A DNA stretch of 64,000 nucleotides from Phyllobates terribilis (GCF_046119375.1 NW_027362761.1:1155742001-1155806000); one strand, 5' to 3'; counted from the stretch's first letter, positions 36,762 to 53,116 are shown. Program-made: numbers and translations. Notes: generated by a model not told the origin, from the letters alone.

Positions 36762-37870
36762 GGTATAGAGCATTTCAATGCGGATTGGTGCCCATTCTTT
36801 ATTTTGCTAGGGACCTATTACTTCTGTGTGCAACATATGGGAAGTACCAGATGTCTTTCACTGTCAATTTCCCTGAAAAACACCATTCATTCATTCTAGA
36901 TGACTGACATGACTGGCATTAGTAAATCACCAACATTGTGTACAAACATAACTCAATCCCAAATCTCTTAGTATCGATTGTTAGGTATTTTCAAGGTTAT
37001 TTGTCCATGTTGTTATTTCCTGGTGCACTTCCATCTTCAAGTTTGCAGTTTATGTTATTCAATCCAATGAAACATTCTTGAGTTTCACAAACATTCAACC
37101 TCCAGCCAGAGTAACCATTAGGGATAAGAATCTTTGGGGTTATTTGGGGTTTTTCTAATGTGCAATCTAAGTCCCACACGGATTATAACTTGGGATTTTT
37201 TTTTATCTTGGACAATTCGCACCATACTAGAGGCTACATGAGAAGGAAGTAGCAATGAAATGTTGATTCAGAAAATCCAAACACAAATGATTTCTGTCAC
37301 CATGGAGAAAATACTTTGAATTCTTTTATGTGCACCGTAGTCTTTAGTAAAGGTGCAAAAGTTAAATCACCTGGTAAATGCTTAAGAAAAGAAGTGGATC
37401 CAGTGCTTAGAAATGCAGAATCCAAAAAGACGAAATGAAATCTGCAATTTGAACATGTTTTTGTAAGACACAGATATAATTTGATACATGTTATGACATT
37501 ATGTTTTTAATAATGTTGAAGTCTCTTCAGGTGAGTATAATAGCAAAAATAAGATTTATGGTTTTGTAAAGTCAACACGCTAGAGAAAGGAGGAGGGCTA
37601 ATCACGAAATGTTGTGTGCTTCTCATGGAATGACACCCAAATATGTAATGTCATATATGACATGAGGCCAAACACTGGAAAGGAAGTCAGTGAACGCGAG
37701 ATATCGCAGGTTATATTCAATGCTGAACTTCAGGAAAATCTACGCTCACACGTCAGTCCATTTTGGAACTTCTCATCTTGTTAAGCAGGAACTGCAATGT
37801 GACTATCTTCTAAATAAAGAGAAGCCTATGAGAAATATCAAGTTCTCAGGAATATTATCTATGGGGATAT

Positions 37871-38065
37871 AATAATAATAATCTTTTTATTTATAGAGGA
37901 CCAACAGTGCTTTACAATTCAGACAATTTACAGACATACAGACATTATCATCACTGTCCCCACTGGGTCTCACAATCTAGATTCCCTATCAGTATGTCTT
38001 TGGAGATTGGGAGGAAACCGGAGAACCCGGAGGAAACCCAAACAAACACGGGGAGAACATACAAA
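37871..38065 (-). mobile_element. 5'-truncated V-SINE-like element
   Basis: Reverse-complement match to 47285-47477; (AAT)n tail. Confidence 0.8.
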
Positions 38066-38132
38066 CTCCTTGCAGTTTCTGACGTCAGAAAGATGTCGGC
38101 TTCTGAACCGCAACATTTTTCCTGCTGGTGAA

Positions 38133-39177
38133 TGTAATCTCTGTGTTTGTTTTGTTGTGGGTTTAAGGATTACAGGAATAAAGATGGTCATGGATGATCC
38201 CGGGAGGCACACTTACAATAGATGACTAGATCGTACGGTACGCATAGGCTGCCATTGTTCTCTGCAGCACAGGTCCTGTTTATACCGGATGATGCGCTGC
38301 TGTTAATTATAATGTTTTGGGCAAGCCAAAAGATCATTTCACTCAACAAGCAAGCGTTTTGCTCATATGTTGGGTGATCGGCAGCCTTTTCAGTTCCTGG
38401 AGATAAGAGGCCAGCGCGCCAAGCCTGAGCAGTTTTTGGCACCAAGCAGCAGAGAAGAGGAGACGTGTTCTCTGCGTGCTGAGAAGCCCCGCGTGGCAGG
38501 CCTAAGCCAGAGGCCTGTGAGGTGCCACAGCCAGGCGCTGGTGTAAGAGCTCCAGATCCCTCACAGATGTGACCCGAGTGCTGTGCCTGCTGAGGAGACT
38601 CGGAGCCTGCTTGCGGTGCTGAGTGAGTTCGCGGAACCCGACGTCGCCCACCGACAAACGAGGTCTGGACCCCTCTACCCAAGGCTTGAGAGATTGCCTC
38701 CAACAGCAAAGAAGAGAGGAGTTGAGAGACGGCTGTCCCAGGAAAGTCACGCTAGTGAAAGCAGAGAGGAGCTGCATACGTGAACAGGGCCGTCACTTCT
38801 ACTGTTCACTCACGGTACCGGGGCCAATTGGGTATAGGTACTCAGGTTGGGAGGGGAACGGTTGGGGTTAAAGGAGCTCAACGGGATCTAATTGAATTTG
38901 TCCGGAAAAGACTTTCGGCCTAGCGGGAATAACCGGTGACCCCCGCTAGGGCCATATGCAGAGTTAAAGAACTCACGTGGTGTCCCCCATGACTGAGGGC
39001 ACCACATTACTTTGAGAGACTTCGTATCTTGCTAATATTTCAAATTACTGTTCATTACCCTTGTTGCCAATCCCTTGTTCAGAATACCTGTTATATATAT
39101 ATATAAACTGTTTATATTCATCTCTGACTGTTCTCGCCTTGTGTCTCTGTGCGTTGCATTCCGGCACCTGCATTACA
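38133..39177 (+). mobile_element. Probable solo LTR
   Basis: TGTAAT...ATTACA termini and LTR-like 3' end; no TSD found, so left boundary uncertain. Confidence 0.45.
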
Positions 39178-40899
39178 GCAGCTTCAGCCGCGATTCTATG
39201 ACTGAAAGCCGGAGGTTGAAAGTGCAGCAGTTACAAGGTTTAAGAACACTATTGACCTCCAGATTAACCACATATCTGCTGTGTAAGAAAGTAGAGTGAT
39301 TTATACAATAGGTATGTGCTGTGAAGCAATTGTCAGTGGATACTTCCATCTAGTGGCTAGAGACAATAGAGGTAGGAACCAAAAAGGACATAGGAACTGA
39401 AAGGAGGAGAACTGTTTGAACGTGAGGAAATTAGAAGCTGGATGTACAGAGGAACATGTGAGCCAAAGCAGGAGCTCAGTCATCACCTAGACTTGTAACA
39501 AGTCACATGTGGAGCAAGGACTGTACTGGCTTAGAGCCAAACCCTAGGGGAGCATGGCCGCAAGCGCATTACCATCATCTGTAGTTTATGAGCTGAAGGG
39601 CTCAGAACCTTCTCGGAGAATAATGAATTCTGCTTGCCGAGGATGAAGGGAAGGGACCTTGTGAGTGTAAGGCCTGGTTAAAGGGACCTTGATAATGTGA
39701 GTGGAAGGCCTAGTTAAAGGGATGGGACCTCAATAGTGTGAGTGGAGAGAGACGTGAGTGGTCACTTTGGGTTTGAAGACACGGGAACAGGTCGGTGACA
39801 GGAGGAACTGTTTGCGGTCTACAGTGTGGGACTTGCTGCAGTACGTATCGTGGCTCCTTTTAGGGCCTTGAATGGTAATCATTATCAGAAACTAAAGCAG
39901 CCAGAAGGCCTCTACAGAAGCAGGTGGGACTCTTGACGGTTGGTAGTCTCATGCAGGGTCAGACTGGGGTGTCTGGGGACCACATGGGGAAATGATCCTA
40001 GGGGCCCACCTTACAGCTATATGCAAATATCTGTTAGCCGTTATCCCCATTATAGTGGAGCGACGACTGTAAAACACAGGCAGCTCTTGCACATCTACTG
40101 CGTGCCACCATAACTGAGATGTACAATTATGGTAGTTTGCATTAAAGGATTCTTTGATGAAAACAAGTTATCACCGATCCACAGGTTAGGTAGGTAATAA
40201 CTTATTGATCGGTGGAATCCAACCATTGGTAATCTCACCGATCGAAAGAATGGGGAACTTTTATCCCTGACAGGGCACTTTTATCCCCATTTTAAAATGG
40301 AGCAGCAGGTGGGATGTCTGACCGCAACCTCATTCATCCTCTTTGGGGCTTCCAGAAAAAGTCAAGTGCAGCTACTTAGAGAATGAATGGATCAGTCGTC
40401 GAGTCGTACATGCTGCTCCATACTAATGGGGATAAAGGTTGTACATTCTGCAGATCGGTGCAGGTCCCAGCAGTTGGACCCCCACCAATCAATAACTTAT
40501 CACTTATCCTTTGGCCACGTTCACACGTTCAGTATTTAATATCAGTATCAGTATTTGTCAGCCAAACCAGGAGTGGAACAGCGGAAAAGTGTCATAGAAA
40601 CACGTGCACCACTTCTGCTTTTATCACCCACTCCTGGTTTGGGCTTACAAATACTGATGTAAAATCCTGACCAAATACTGAACATGTGAACATGGTCTTA
40701 GGATAAACGATTACTTATTTTCACTGTAAAACCTCTGTAACTGCATATTTGCTACTGTGTAATAGCCACAGGACAGGGAGGGGTTAAACATTCAAGTATT
40801 TGATCTCTATTGGAAATAAAGAATCTTCCCCTTATTGATATCAGAAAGAACAAATGACCGCCATACAGAACACAATCCACTCTACCAAAACCAATAATA

Positions 40900-42290
40900 C
40901 CACATACAAGGAACAAATACATCCACACCGTGACTTGATCACATATTATCACCACACAGTGACCAAATAATACCACATACAGGGAATAAATATTATCACA
41001 CCATGACCAGATCACATATTGCCACCACATAGTGACTGAATAATACCACATACAAGGAACAAATACCATCACACTATGACCAGATCACATATCACCATAT
41101 AGTGACTGAATAATACCACATACAGGGAATAAATACATCACACCATGACCAGATCACATATCACCATATAGTGACTGAATAATACCACATACAGGGAATA
41201 AATACATCACACCATGACCAGATCACATATCACCATATAGTGACTGAATAATACCACATACAGGGAATAAATACGTCACACCATGACCAGATCACATATT
41301 GCCACCACATAGTGACTGAATAATACCACATACAAGGAACAAATACCATCACACTATGACCAGATCACATATCACCACATAGTGACTGAATAATACCACA
41401 TACATGGACTAAATACGTCACATCATGACCAGATCACATATTACCACCACATAGTGACCGTATAATACCACATACAGAGGATAAATACCATCACACCATG
41501 ACCAGATCACATATTACCACCACATAGTGACTGAATAATACCACATACAGGGGATAAATACCGTCACACCATGACCAGATCACATATTTCCATCACACAG
41601 TGACTGAATAATACCACATACAGGGGAAAAATACCATCACACCATGATCAGATCACATATTACCACCACATAGTGACTGAATAATGCCACATACAGGGGA
41701 TAAATACCGTCACACCATGACCAGATAACATATTACCACCACATAGTGACAGAACATTACCACATACAGGGGATAAATACCGTTACACCATGACCAGATC
41801 ACATATTACCATCACATTGTGACTGAATAATACCATATACAGGAGATAAATATCATCACACCATGACCAGATCACATATTACCACCAAATAGTGACTGAA
41901 TAATACCATATACCGCATAATACCACATACCAAATAATAACACATAAATACCATCACACCATGGCCAGATCACATATTACCACCACATAGTGACTGAATA
42001 TTACCACATACAGGGGATAAATACCGTCACACCATGACCAGATCACATATTATCACCACATAGTGACTGAATAATACCACATACAAGTGATAAATACCGC
42101 CACACCATGACCAGATCACATATTTCTACCATATAGTGACTGAATAATACCACATACAGGGGATAAATACTATCCCACCATGGCCAGATCACATATTACC
42201 ACCACATAGTGACTGAATAATACCACATACAGGGGACAAATACCGCCACACCATGATCAGAACACATATTACCACCACATAGTGACAGAA
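40900..42290 (+). repeat. ~70-bp tandem minisatellite
   Basis: AGTGACTGAATAATACCACATAC at 41031, 41101, 41170, 41239... Confidence 0.95.
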
Positions 42291-42344
42291 TACTACAATA
42301 CTGATCATTAGTAAAAACCACAATACTAATAACACTAATATTTC

Positions 42345-43110
42345 CACTAGTGACATTATACACATGAGCGCTGTATATAGTTTCAGTGCACAGGTAATAC
42401 ATTGATCACTCGTGACAGTATACACAGGAGTTTTCTATATAGTGTATGGTGTACAGGTAATACACTGACCACTAGTGACATTTTACACAGGAGCTCTGTA
42501 TATAATGTCAGTGTACAGGTCACATAGTGACCACCAGTAACATTATACACAGGAGCCCTGTGTATAGTGTCAGTGAACAGGTAATACAGTGATCACTAGT
42601 GATATTATACACAAGAGCCCTGTATATAGTGTCAGTGCACAAGTAATACAGTGATCACCAGTGACATTATACATAGTAGCTCTGTATATTGTTTCAGTGC
42701 ACAGGTAATACAGTGATCACTAGTGACATTACAGTATGTACAGAGCTCCACTGCATAATGTCACTGGGGATCACTGCATTACCTGTACACTATACACAGA
42801 GCTCATGTGTATATAGTAAACAGGTAATACTGTGATCACCAGTGACATTATGCACAGATGCCCTGTATATAGTGTCAGTGTACAGGTAATACAGTGATCA
42901 CTAGTGACATTACACACAGGAGCTCTGTATATAGTGTCAGTGTGTGTGTATAGGTAATACAGTGATCACTAGTGACATTATACACAGGAGCTCTTTAGAT
43001 GTTACAGTATATAGTGTACAGGTAATACAGGGATCACCAGTGACATTATACACAGGAGCCCTGTATATAATATATAGAGTAAGTGTACAGGTAACACACT
43101 GACTCACCGG
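42345..43110 (+). repeat. ~62-bp tandem minisatellite
   Basis: CTAGTGACATTATACACAGGAGCTCTGTATATAGTGTCAGTGTACAGGTAATACAGTGATCA-like units. Confidence 0.9.
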
Positions 43111-43539
43111 TGACTTCTCTATTTGAAATCCTTTATTTTCACTTTTCTTCTTCTTCTGGCACAGACTGCCATCACTTTTTTCCAGCCAGGACTCATCTCT
43201 GCAGAAAATAACACAGAGTTATCAATAGCTGATCACATCTAGAGCACATTCTATACTTTATTCCCCCCAACTTCTACACTACATTATATGAAGAAAAGAG
43301 GCGACATATTGCCACCCTCCACAGTAACAGGGCCTCCCTTTTGTTCCCACCATGGAAAACATTATCCTCAAAAGTAAATTAAATTACGGCAGTAATAATG
43401 TCCCCTGAGTGGCCCCCACAGTAATTATGTCCCCCACTTGCCACCATAAACCAATAATGTATGTTCCTCATCCTGACCCCCATATAGTAATTATTTCACC
43501 CCTTTATTTAAGAAGGTCCCCATCCTGGACCCCTTCGTC

Positions 43540-44460
43540 CATTTTATTGAGGTCCACATCCTGGGCCCCTTTATTTAATAATGTCCCCGTTTTGAACCCC
43601 TTTATTTAATGTCCCCATCCTAGACCCCTATGTTGCCCTGTCCTGGGCCCTATGTCCACTTTAATAAGGTTCCCATTCTGGGCCCCTTTATTTAGTAATG
43701 TCCCCATCTTGGGCCCCTTTATTTAATGTCCCCATGCTAGTCCCCTATGTTGCCCCACCCTGGACCCCTATGTCCACTTTAATAGTGTCCCCATCCAGTG
43801 CCCCTTTATTTAATAGTGTCTATTAGAACCTTCCTGTTTGTTTTTTCCATCTTGTGTTTTGCGGTCACGTGACCATCTGCCTTTATATTCCAGCTCCGCC
43901 CTTTTGGCTGTGCTGGACTTCAGTGTTTGACTGTTTTGCTAGCCAGGTGCTTCTGTGCCTTTCTCTGTCAGTTCGCTTGGTCCTTCTGGGACCCCTAGTA
44001 CCTTTTTGTCAGTTTATCTTTTTATGTTTTGCAACAACTTCTGTTAGGAGGTGTCCCATTTTTGTCCCAGTCCTTAGTTCTTTTAGGAACCCCTCCCTTT
44101 ATGCTATAGGTCTCCGTTCAGACTAGCTGAGGACTAAGGCGGGTCTGTTCGCTAGGAACAGGCAGCCCGCTACATCGTAGGGATTCAGCTTAGTCTTAAT
44201 GTAGGGACAGCTTTCCCCTATCTTTCCTTAGTTCATGTTGCAGATCATAACAGTGTCCCCATCATGGGCCCCTTTATTTAATAGTGTCCCCATCCTGGGC
44301 CCCTTTATTTAATAGTGCACCCATCCTGGGCCACTATGTCCACCTTAATAAGATCCCCATCATAGGCTCCTTTATTTAATGTCCCCATCCTAAGCCCCTT
44401 TGTCACCCCGTCCTGGGCTACTATGTTGCCCTCAGCCTCCTGAGCCTCTATGTCAGCCCT
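43540..44460 (+). repeat. GTCCCCATCCTGGGCCCCTTTATTTAATA minisatellite interrupted by a solo LTR
   Basis: Degenerate 25-30 bp units on both sides of the LTR. Confidence 0.85.
43821..44252 (+). mobile_element. Solo LTR (432 bp), sushi-like family of 385-2064
   Basis: 5-bp TSD GTGTC; retains TTTATA box followed by GCTGGACTTC. Confidence 0.9.
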
Positions 44461-44589
44461 TATATCCACTACCATACCCAATCACAGAGGGGGGGGGATA
44501 AAAAAAATATATTCTCACCTTCCTGTGACCCCCGGCATCCTTCGGGCTTCATATTCGGCGTGGTCATTAAAATTGATGCCAACTACAGC

Positions 44590-45131
44590 TGTGACAGGTC
44601 GCTCTGCTCTCTGACAGGTCACGCACTGACGTCACATAGCAGTAAGATTGAAAGGCATTCGGCTTATCAAAGGCCGCGACCAGATGTATCTTTGATATTA
44701 TTGTACAATAATACTAAAGTTCGTAAACAGGTTTATGTCCTATATACCATTTGTGAACTCTGACAGACAGTGGTTATCTGTGTTAGAAAAAGTTAGGGAT
44801 ATCTATTCGATGACTAGCCTATCGGTGTCGTACTTCTTAGTGCGGTAGTGCCAGATTTATTATTTTATAGGGAAGTGTTTAGGGTAACAGGTAGAGAGTT
44901 AGGGACAGACGGTAACCATTAGGTCAAGGGGAAAACAGCAGGAAGTGGATTGTATTGTTTTTAATTGTCATTAATTTATGAATTTCCATCTAATTGATTT
45001 TGCACCTTGTCTTGGTAAACTTATATAAAGTTAATAAATAACAACTTGTTTCACTGTATCACCGAGTCTGGGTTCTCTGAGGCGCTGCATTCTCATACCT
45101 CTTTACGGCAGGTATGTTTGGGGACATGACA
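44590..45131 (+). mobile_element. Probable LTR remnant
   Basis: AATAAA ~45034 then ends ...GGGACATGACA; left boundary unclear. Confidence 0.35.
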
Positions 45132-45867
45132 GCCTCCTTTTAAGTGAATAGAGATCCTTTATTTACGTAAGTGTACCATCAGTCTACAAGGAAGCAAGAC
45201 ATCAAAAGGTACATTGAAAAAAGAGAAAGTAAAAATAAGTATTCATACAAGGGCAATTACTTAGCTTCAATACTCTCATTGGAAACTCTTTAAGGGGAAC
45301 TTCCCCTAGGGGTGAGCTACGTTTTATACCCTGTATTTCATCATGTGCCATAACAAGCAGAAAACCTCTAGGATGTAACAAGGTACAGACCAAATTGCTA
45401 CATTCTATGTAATGAAATCCAAGAAAATAGAAAAGACACTATGCAAGAAAATTGTCACCTCCCGATAAAAATATTGTCATTTTTATTCGAAGTTCAAATA
45501 AGAAATATATATATGTACATATATGTATATACAGAAAACCCATAACACAAACAGGGATGAGAACAGTTAATAGCGCTCACAACTGTGTGATAATGCCAGT
45601 CAGTGTCAGACCAAATATTGGCTTCTTTGACTAAACACCAAGTTATCTTCCCAACAGGGATCTTTTCATTTCACCCTATATGCCGGATTTGGTATCTATA
45701 ACACCCTTACTAGGCGCATCCTCTTTTCTCTCAAGAACTTTTTTTTCTCCTCTCGGAATTGGAATTTCATATATGAACTTGGTGTAGTGTTATTATCTAT
45801 TTAATCTTTTATTGATATTCTACTGTGATTTATGGTATTCAAGGAGTAGTGAACGTTTCTACCTATA

Positions 45868-47190
45868 CAAGTGGCTTGCGAAAGTATTCACCCCCTTGGA
45901 TTTTTACCTATTTTGTTACATTACAACCTATGTGTAAATATTTTTGTAATCCGATTTGTATGTGCGGCATCAGCACTAAATATTCAAAGTTGGTGACGTG
46001 AAGTGAGAAAAATATAGGCATCAATTAAATTTATGGGATCAATAACTAACAATTGGCATGTGCATATGTATTCACCCCTTTTGCGATGAAGCCCCTAAAA
46101 ATTACCTTCATAAGTCACATGCTTAGTGAAAATATGTCCCCCTGTCTGCAATCTAAGTGTCACATGGTCAGTCAGTATATTCACACCTTTTCTGAAAGGC
46201 CACAGAGGGTGCAACACCATTAAGCAACAGGCACCATGAAGACCAAGGAGATCTCCAAACAAGTCAGGGACAAAGTTGTTGAGAAGCACAAGTCAGGATT
46301 GGGTTATAAAAAATATCCCAACCTCTGATGATCCCCGGAGCACCATCAAATCAAATATCATCAAATGGAAAGAACATGGTACCACAACAAACTTGCCATG
46401 AGAGGGCCGCCCGCCAAATCGCTCAGCCCGGACAAGAAGGGCATTAATCAGAGAGGCATCACAGAGACCAAAGGTAACCCTGAAGGAGCTGCAGATTTCC
46501 CAAGCAGAGACTAGAGTATCTGTCCATACGACCACAATAAGCCGTAAACTCCATAGAGGTGGCCTTTATGGAAGAGTGGGCAGAAAAAAGCATTTACTTA
46601 CACACAAAAATTGTAAGGCTTATTTTGTGTTTGCCAAAAGACATGTGGGAGACTCCCCAAATGTATTGAGGAAGGTGCTGTGGTCAGATGAGATCAGAAT
46701 TAAACTTTTTGTCCACAAAGGTAAATGCCATGTCTGGCGCCAAACCAACACAGCTCATCACTTCAAGAATACCATTCCCACATTGAAACATGGTGGTGGC
46801 AGCATCATGCTGTGGGGATGATTTTCAGCAGCAAGGACAGGGAAAATAGTCTCGAGGGTAAGATAGCTGGCACAAAAAGGTTTTGAGGAGTGGGCAAAAA
46901 TGCTAGCTGCAAGATGTGGAAAGCTCATTGAGACTTATCCAAAGTGAACTGCAGTTATAACTGCCGCAAAAGGAGGCTCTACAAAGTACTGACTTTAGGG
47001 GGTGAATACACATGCCATGCCAATTTTTAGTTATTTTATCCCATAAATGTAATTTATGTCTATATTTTTCTCACTTCACTTCACCAACTTAGATTATTTA
47101 GTGCTGATACATCACACACACATTGGATTACAAAAATAACACAGGTTTTAAAGTAACAAAATAGGTAAAAAGCCAAAGGGGTGTTATTTT
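45868..47190 (+). mobile_element. Decayed Tc1 element with internal deletion
   Basis: TA-flanked TIR start with inverted match ~47150-47190; MKTKEISKQVRDKVVEKHKSG at 46236; VLWSDE and [11 protein letters not shown] fragments. Confidence 0.88.
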
Positions 47191-47212
47191 CTGGTTGCTT
47201 AGTTATATTATA

Positions 47213-47477
47213 GGGCAGCACAGTGGCTCAGTGGTTAGTACTGCAGCCTTTTAGCGCTGGGGTCCTGGGTTCAAATCTCACCAAGGACAACATCTCCAAG
47301 GAGTTTGTATGTTCTCCTCATGTTTGAGTGGGTTTCCTCTGGGTTCACCAGTTTCCTCACACACTCCAAAGACATACTGATAGGGACTTTAGATTGTGCC
47401 CATTGGGGCACAGTGCAGATAATGACTGTAAAGCGCTGTGGAATTAATGGCGCTATATAAGTGAGTAAAATAAAAAT
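47213..47477 (+). mobile_element. tRNA-derived V-SINE-like element
   Basis: A box TGGCTCAGTGG (47224), B box GGTTCAAATC (47268), V-domain-like GGAGTTTGTATGTTCTCC...CTCCAAAGACAT, LINE-type tail. Confidence 0.85.
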
Positions 47478-47664
47478 ACAATTTTATATCCATATTTTAT
47501 TGTAATTTATTTAATTTGAGGGGAAATGTAAGGTCTCATATGCATTTAAATATCTTTCATGTTGGTCATATAATATCATCTCTGGTCATGTGGTTTTGAT
47601 AATTGCAGTTCAAACACATACATACATATATGTATATATACGTGTATGTGTATATATATATATA

Positions 47665-49269
<1,605 letters not shown>

Positions 49270-49349
49270 TATAGAGTGTTCTTAGTGTCAGGGAGCTACA
49301 TTTCATTGATGCTACTTGTATCATCTATTCACAGATGTAATGCTCTATT

Positions 49350-49682
49350 ATGAAAGAGAAAATTCTCCTATCACTCCATGCCCTTGGTAGACGTGCACTT
49401 TCCCAACATGAAGATGATCCAAAACACATGTCTAAGGCCACTCTTGCATTTCTGAAGAAGAACAGGGTGAAATTGTTCAGTAGCCAAGTGTCTCCTGATC
49501 TGAACCCAATCGAACACCGATGGGGAATTCTGAAGAGACAAGTTGTCATCCAAAATCCAGGCTCTAAAAGAGGTCGTTCTTGCAGAGTGGAAAAATATGT
49601 TGTAATATATTGTCAACTTTTTTATTCCAAGCGTAGAAGACTTGGTGCTATCCTTAAAAGTCATGGAGGTCATACAAAATAG
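49350..49682 (+). pseudogene. Tc1 transposase C-terminal fragment
   Basis: HEDDPKH...SPDLNPIEHRWGILKR. Confidence 0.8.
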
Positions 49683-51532
49683 TAAATGTAATTTTTGATG
49701 TGGGTTGTATTCTTGTTAGCATCAACTAATTCCCCCACACACAATATGATCCCACACACAGTATAATGCCTGCACAGCCCCCCACACACAGAGTGAGCCT
49801 CCACCCACAGCATGATGGTTCCACAGCCTACCCACATAGTACGATCCTCCATAACTCCTCACACACAGTATGATAGCCGCTCATTAGTCTCCACACAGTA
49901 TAATGCCCCCACACATATAGTATGATGCCTCACAGTCTCCCTACAAGTACTAATTATTGAAATTAAAAATAAACATCATATACCCGCCTAACCTCAGATC
50001 CTAAGGAGTCCTTTGGCATTGTAAGAGTCATGGTGTGGGCGTACCGACGTGGTGACTTCATCGTACTGGGGGACACACATGAAATCACCAAATAGCTCTA
50101 CTTCTTTGAAGTCCTGTGTGCCACCCAGCTGCTCTGTAGCCCACAGGCCTAAATCAACCTGCGACCTAGAGAAGGTAGAGCAGCGAGACCTCTGCTCTAC
50201 CATGAGATTTAACTCTATCGGCATGCTGTACACACCGATACAGTAATAGGTGGTGGTCGCTCCTGGTGGGCTTCTATAAGTGCGTGGACCCAAGGCAACC
50301 ACTCTTTTGTCCGCCCAAGGCAACCGCCCCCCCCACCCCCCACCCCCGTAGCTAATCTACTGTGTCCATATGATCCAAACATAGAAACTGTCAAACAACA
50401 TCTCAAACATGGTTGACTTTTTGTAGACGATGATGATGTATCTTCATCATATAAAATGATAGTTCATTGTTAATTTCCCCACGTTCGCTGTGGTTAATAT
50501 TTTTAGTTGCCAAACCAAATGATGCAAACTTTATAGAAGACACATAAATAAAGGATAGACCGTTTGGAAAAGGGCTACTGCTTAAATGAGTTGAGGAGAC
50601 ACTGTATTACAAGACATAAAAGCAGCATGAATCTGCTACAGCAAGAAGGTGACACATTGCCATGAATGCCGATTTTGTCCAATAAAGGCAATAATGCTCC
50701 ATCTATATTTTCATTTATTGTTGTTTGTCACATCCAGTCACTTTGAGATGACATTTTTCTTGACACCACATCTTCATGGCACTTTAACAACAGAAAATCT
50801 TGCAGATAAACAGGTTAGTTTTGGATAAGACTGTTCACTATTAATTCTTTCATTTACTGCATATTGTGCAGTTGTCGTCCCGGTAAATACATACTTTGCT
50901 TTCAGTTTTACACAGCGTGTACTGCTTTCTTTGTTCATGCGCTCATGATATTATTTCTTCTTCCCCCAGAATATTTTCATGTGTTTCTGTCTGGAAGGTA
51001 TTTTCCCTAAAGTTTCTAGTATGACATAGTATATAATATATCAGTTACCGACACTCCCTGACCAATCTACACAAGGACAAAGACCATTCTGTCTTCAATT
51101 TAAATAGAGATGTAGGTAGCAACACATGGGTCACACTCCATTAAAATGACAATATTTGTGAATATTTATGAATGAGAATGATTACAGTTTGGCCAAATAT
51201 TTCAAATATATGATAGATTCTAGAGATGATTGAATTTGCCAGCTTCAAAGTTTCCCAAAAATTCAATTTGCGGCTAATCAATTTGCCATGAATCACAATA
51301 CTGCAATTGCCCAGGAAAGATGTGTGTAACACTCTGAGGTCTCATGGGATTGTATGGAACCATTTTCAAGCTCTTTAACACAAACATGGCCTTAGCAATA
51401 TCCATGCGACTTCACCATATCTGACTATGGGCAAATGGATTACAAGAGATGGGATAACCAGAGCTGGTTATCTCCGGAGGCTTTTTCTAAAGCTTTACGA
51501 ATAGATAGTAGTCAATTATTACATACTAAAAG

Positions 51533-52203
51533 TGTCACGACTTGTTGGGTATCCCGGCGTCAGATGCTCCTACCCTGTTCCTAATGCTAGGGGTGCCCTA
51601 GCTGGCCATGTTCCCCGGATTACTTGTGAAGGTGAAGACGCCGGGGCCACGTACCTTGTCTGATCTCCTCAATCCGCCCTCAGTCTGTTCCCTTCCCCCA
51701 TCCCAGGGAAGAGAGGAGTAGTAGTGTATGGCAGTACACAAACCACACTAACAAGGTAATACAAACAGAGCTAAAGGAAAATATCAATCACACAAATATA
51801 TGCACACAAACAACAGAGGTTAACACTGGGAAGTGGAGGATGGGAAAGAAACCAAGATAGGAGAAGAATAGGATTAACACGCAACCTAAACCACACAACA
51901 GTCTAAGCTGAAATCCACCAAACGCCTTCTCAAATAACCACTCTCCGCCACACTCCTAGAACCATGCAGCATAAGCTAGCTCTGGCAATGATAGCCCGCC
52001 AAAGCCAAGAATACATAGGAGCTGGGAGTGGCTAAATGAAGGTAAGCTTCCAGGAGCTCACAATTGAGCAGATTAACCCCTGCACTGCTAAAAGAAACCT
52101 ACACAGTTTAATATGAAGGAGAAAAGCTTCTAATGAGTTCAGGAGTGGGAGGAATCAACTGTGCAGTCTTCCGGCTCCTCTCTGTTGCGGTAAACCAGTG
52201 ACA
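51533..52203 (-). mobile_element. Solo LTR (671 bp)
   Basis: TGTCAC...GTGACA; 5-bp TSD AAAAG; strand inferred from base composition. Confidence 0.88.
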
Positions 52204-52539
52204 AAAAGAATGAATAAGGTCTATGATAGATTTATTTTTTTAATTTCTGCATAATCCCATGTCAGACAGTATAAAACACATTATATATTGAAATTGGTAT
52301 TTATTGGTTGATGACCCAGGTTTATAAGATAAAGCCTCAATTCTAACTAAAGTGTATTTGACCGATATGGTAGTGCAAGGTAATTTTTGGAAAAGAAAAA
52401 AAGATAATGGTGATTAGTTGAAAAATGCTGTAAAGCCGGGGAATTATAAATGTGATAGCTGCTCATTTTATTCCAAGTTTCTTCCTAAGAAATGTCTTAA
52501 CGTAGGTGGGAAGTTTTTTTAAGGGATTTTATTACCTGT

Positions 52540-52819
52540 CAAACTAGTTTTGTTGTTTGTGATTCTCTGTCCGTGCTCTTATTGTTATATTGGAAAAACA
52601 ATTAGACTATTATATGTGCGTTTCGCTCTAGTTCACACTGGAAAAGGCTGTACTACATTAATTAACATTGTTCATGACTGTCAAGGAGCTGACAGTACAA
52701 GATTGTCCTTTGCTGGATTGATGAGGGTTGACCATTTAGCCGATGGCTCACGGAGACTCAATAAATTATTAAAGATGGAGAATAGAATTATTAGCAAATG
52801 TAATGCCATTGGACCTTAA
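52540..52819 (+). pseudogene. Penelope-like element GIY-YIG endonuclease remnant
   Basis: LFVILCPCSYCYIGKTIRLLYVRF matches the Penelope VVYxxxCPCxxxYVGxTxR pattern. Confidence 0.75.
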
Positions 52820-53080
52820 ATGAAAAAAAAAAAAAGATTTAGCAGTTTTCTTATAAAAAGTATGTTTTTATTTCCTATTGACATCTCAAATATATTGTAT
52901 TTATAGGCATATTCTATATAAAAACATTCCCTATACATTCTTGTATCTTAATGCATTTTATTATTCCTAGAGGATTTTTGTGAGGTTTGGTATTTTTTAT
53001 ATTTGAAAAACTATCACTGCTATGGGAATGTCATGTGATCGCTTGCTATTTAAGCTAGATGCGAGTGTTAGTCCATTGGA

Positions 53081-53116
53081 GCCTTGAGGAAGCATGTGTT
53101 CATGCGAAACATGCTG
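53081..53116 (+). ncRNA. Degenerate minimal hammerhead ribozyme motif
   Basis: TTGAGGA + stem II GCATG-TGTT-CATGC + GAAAC + ATGC, about 260 nt after the GIY-YIG remnant; stem I pairing not evident. Confidence 0.45.

Noticed and set aside
40900-43110. Coding potential of the 70-bp and 62-bp arrays
   Set aside because: ORFs are short and broken; these look like ordinary minisatellites, probably within a non-autonomous DNA transposon whose ends I could not define.
47213-47285. tRNA gene
   Set aside because: A and B boxes are present, but it continues into a SINE core and LINE tail; no convincing cloverleaf.
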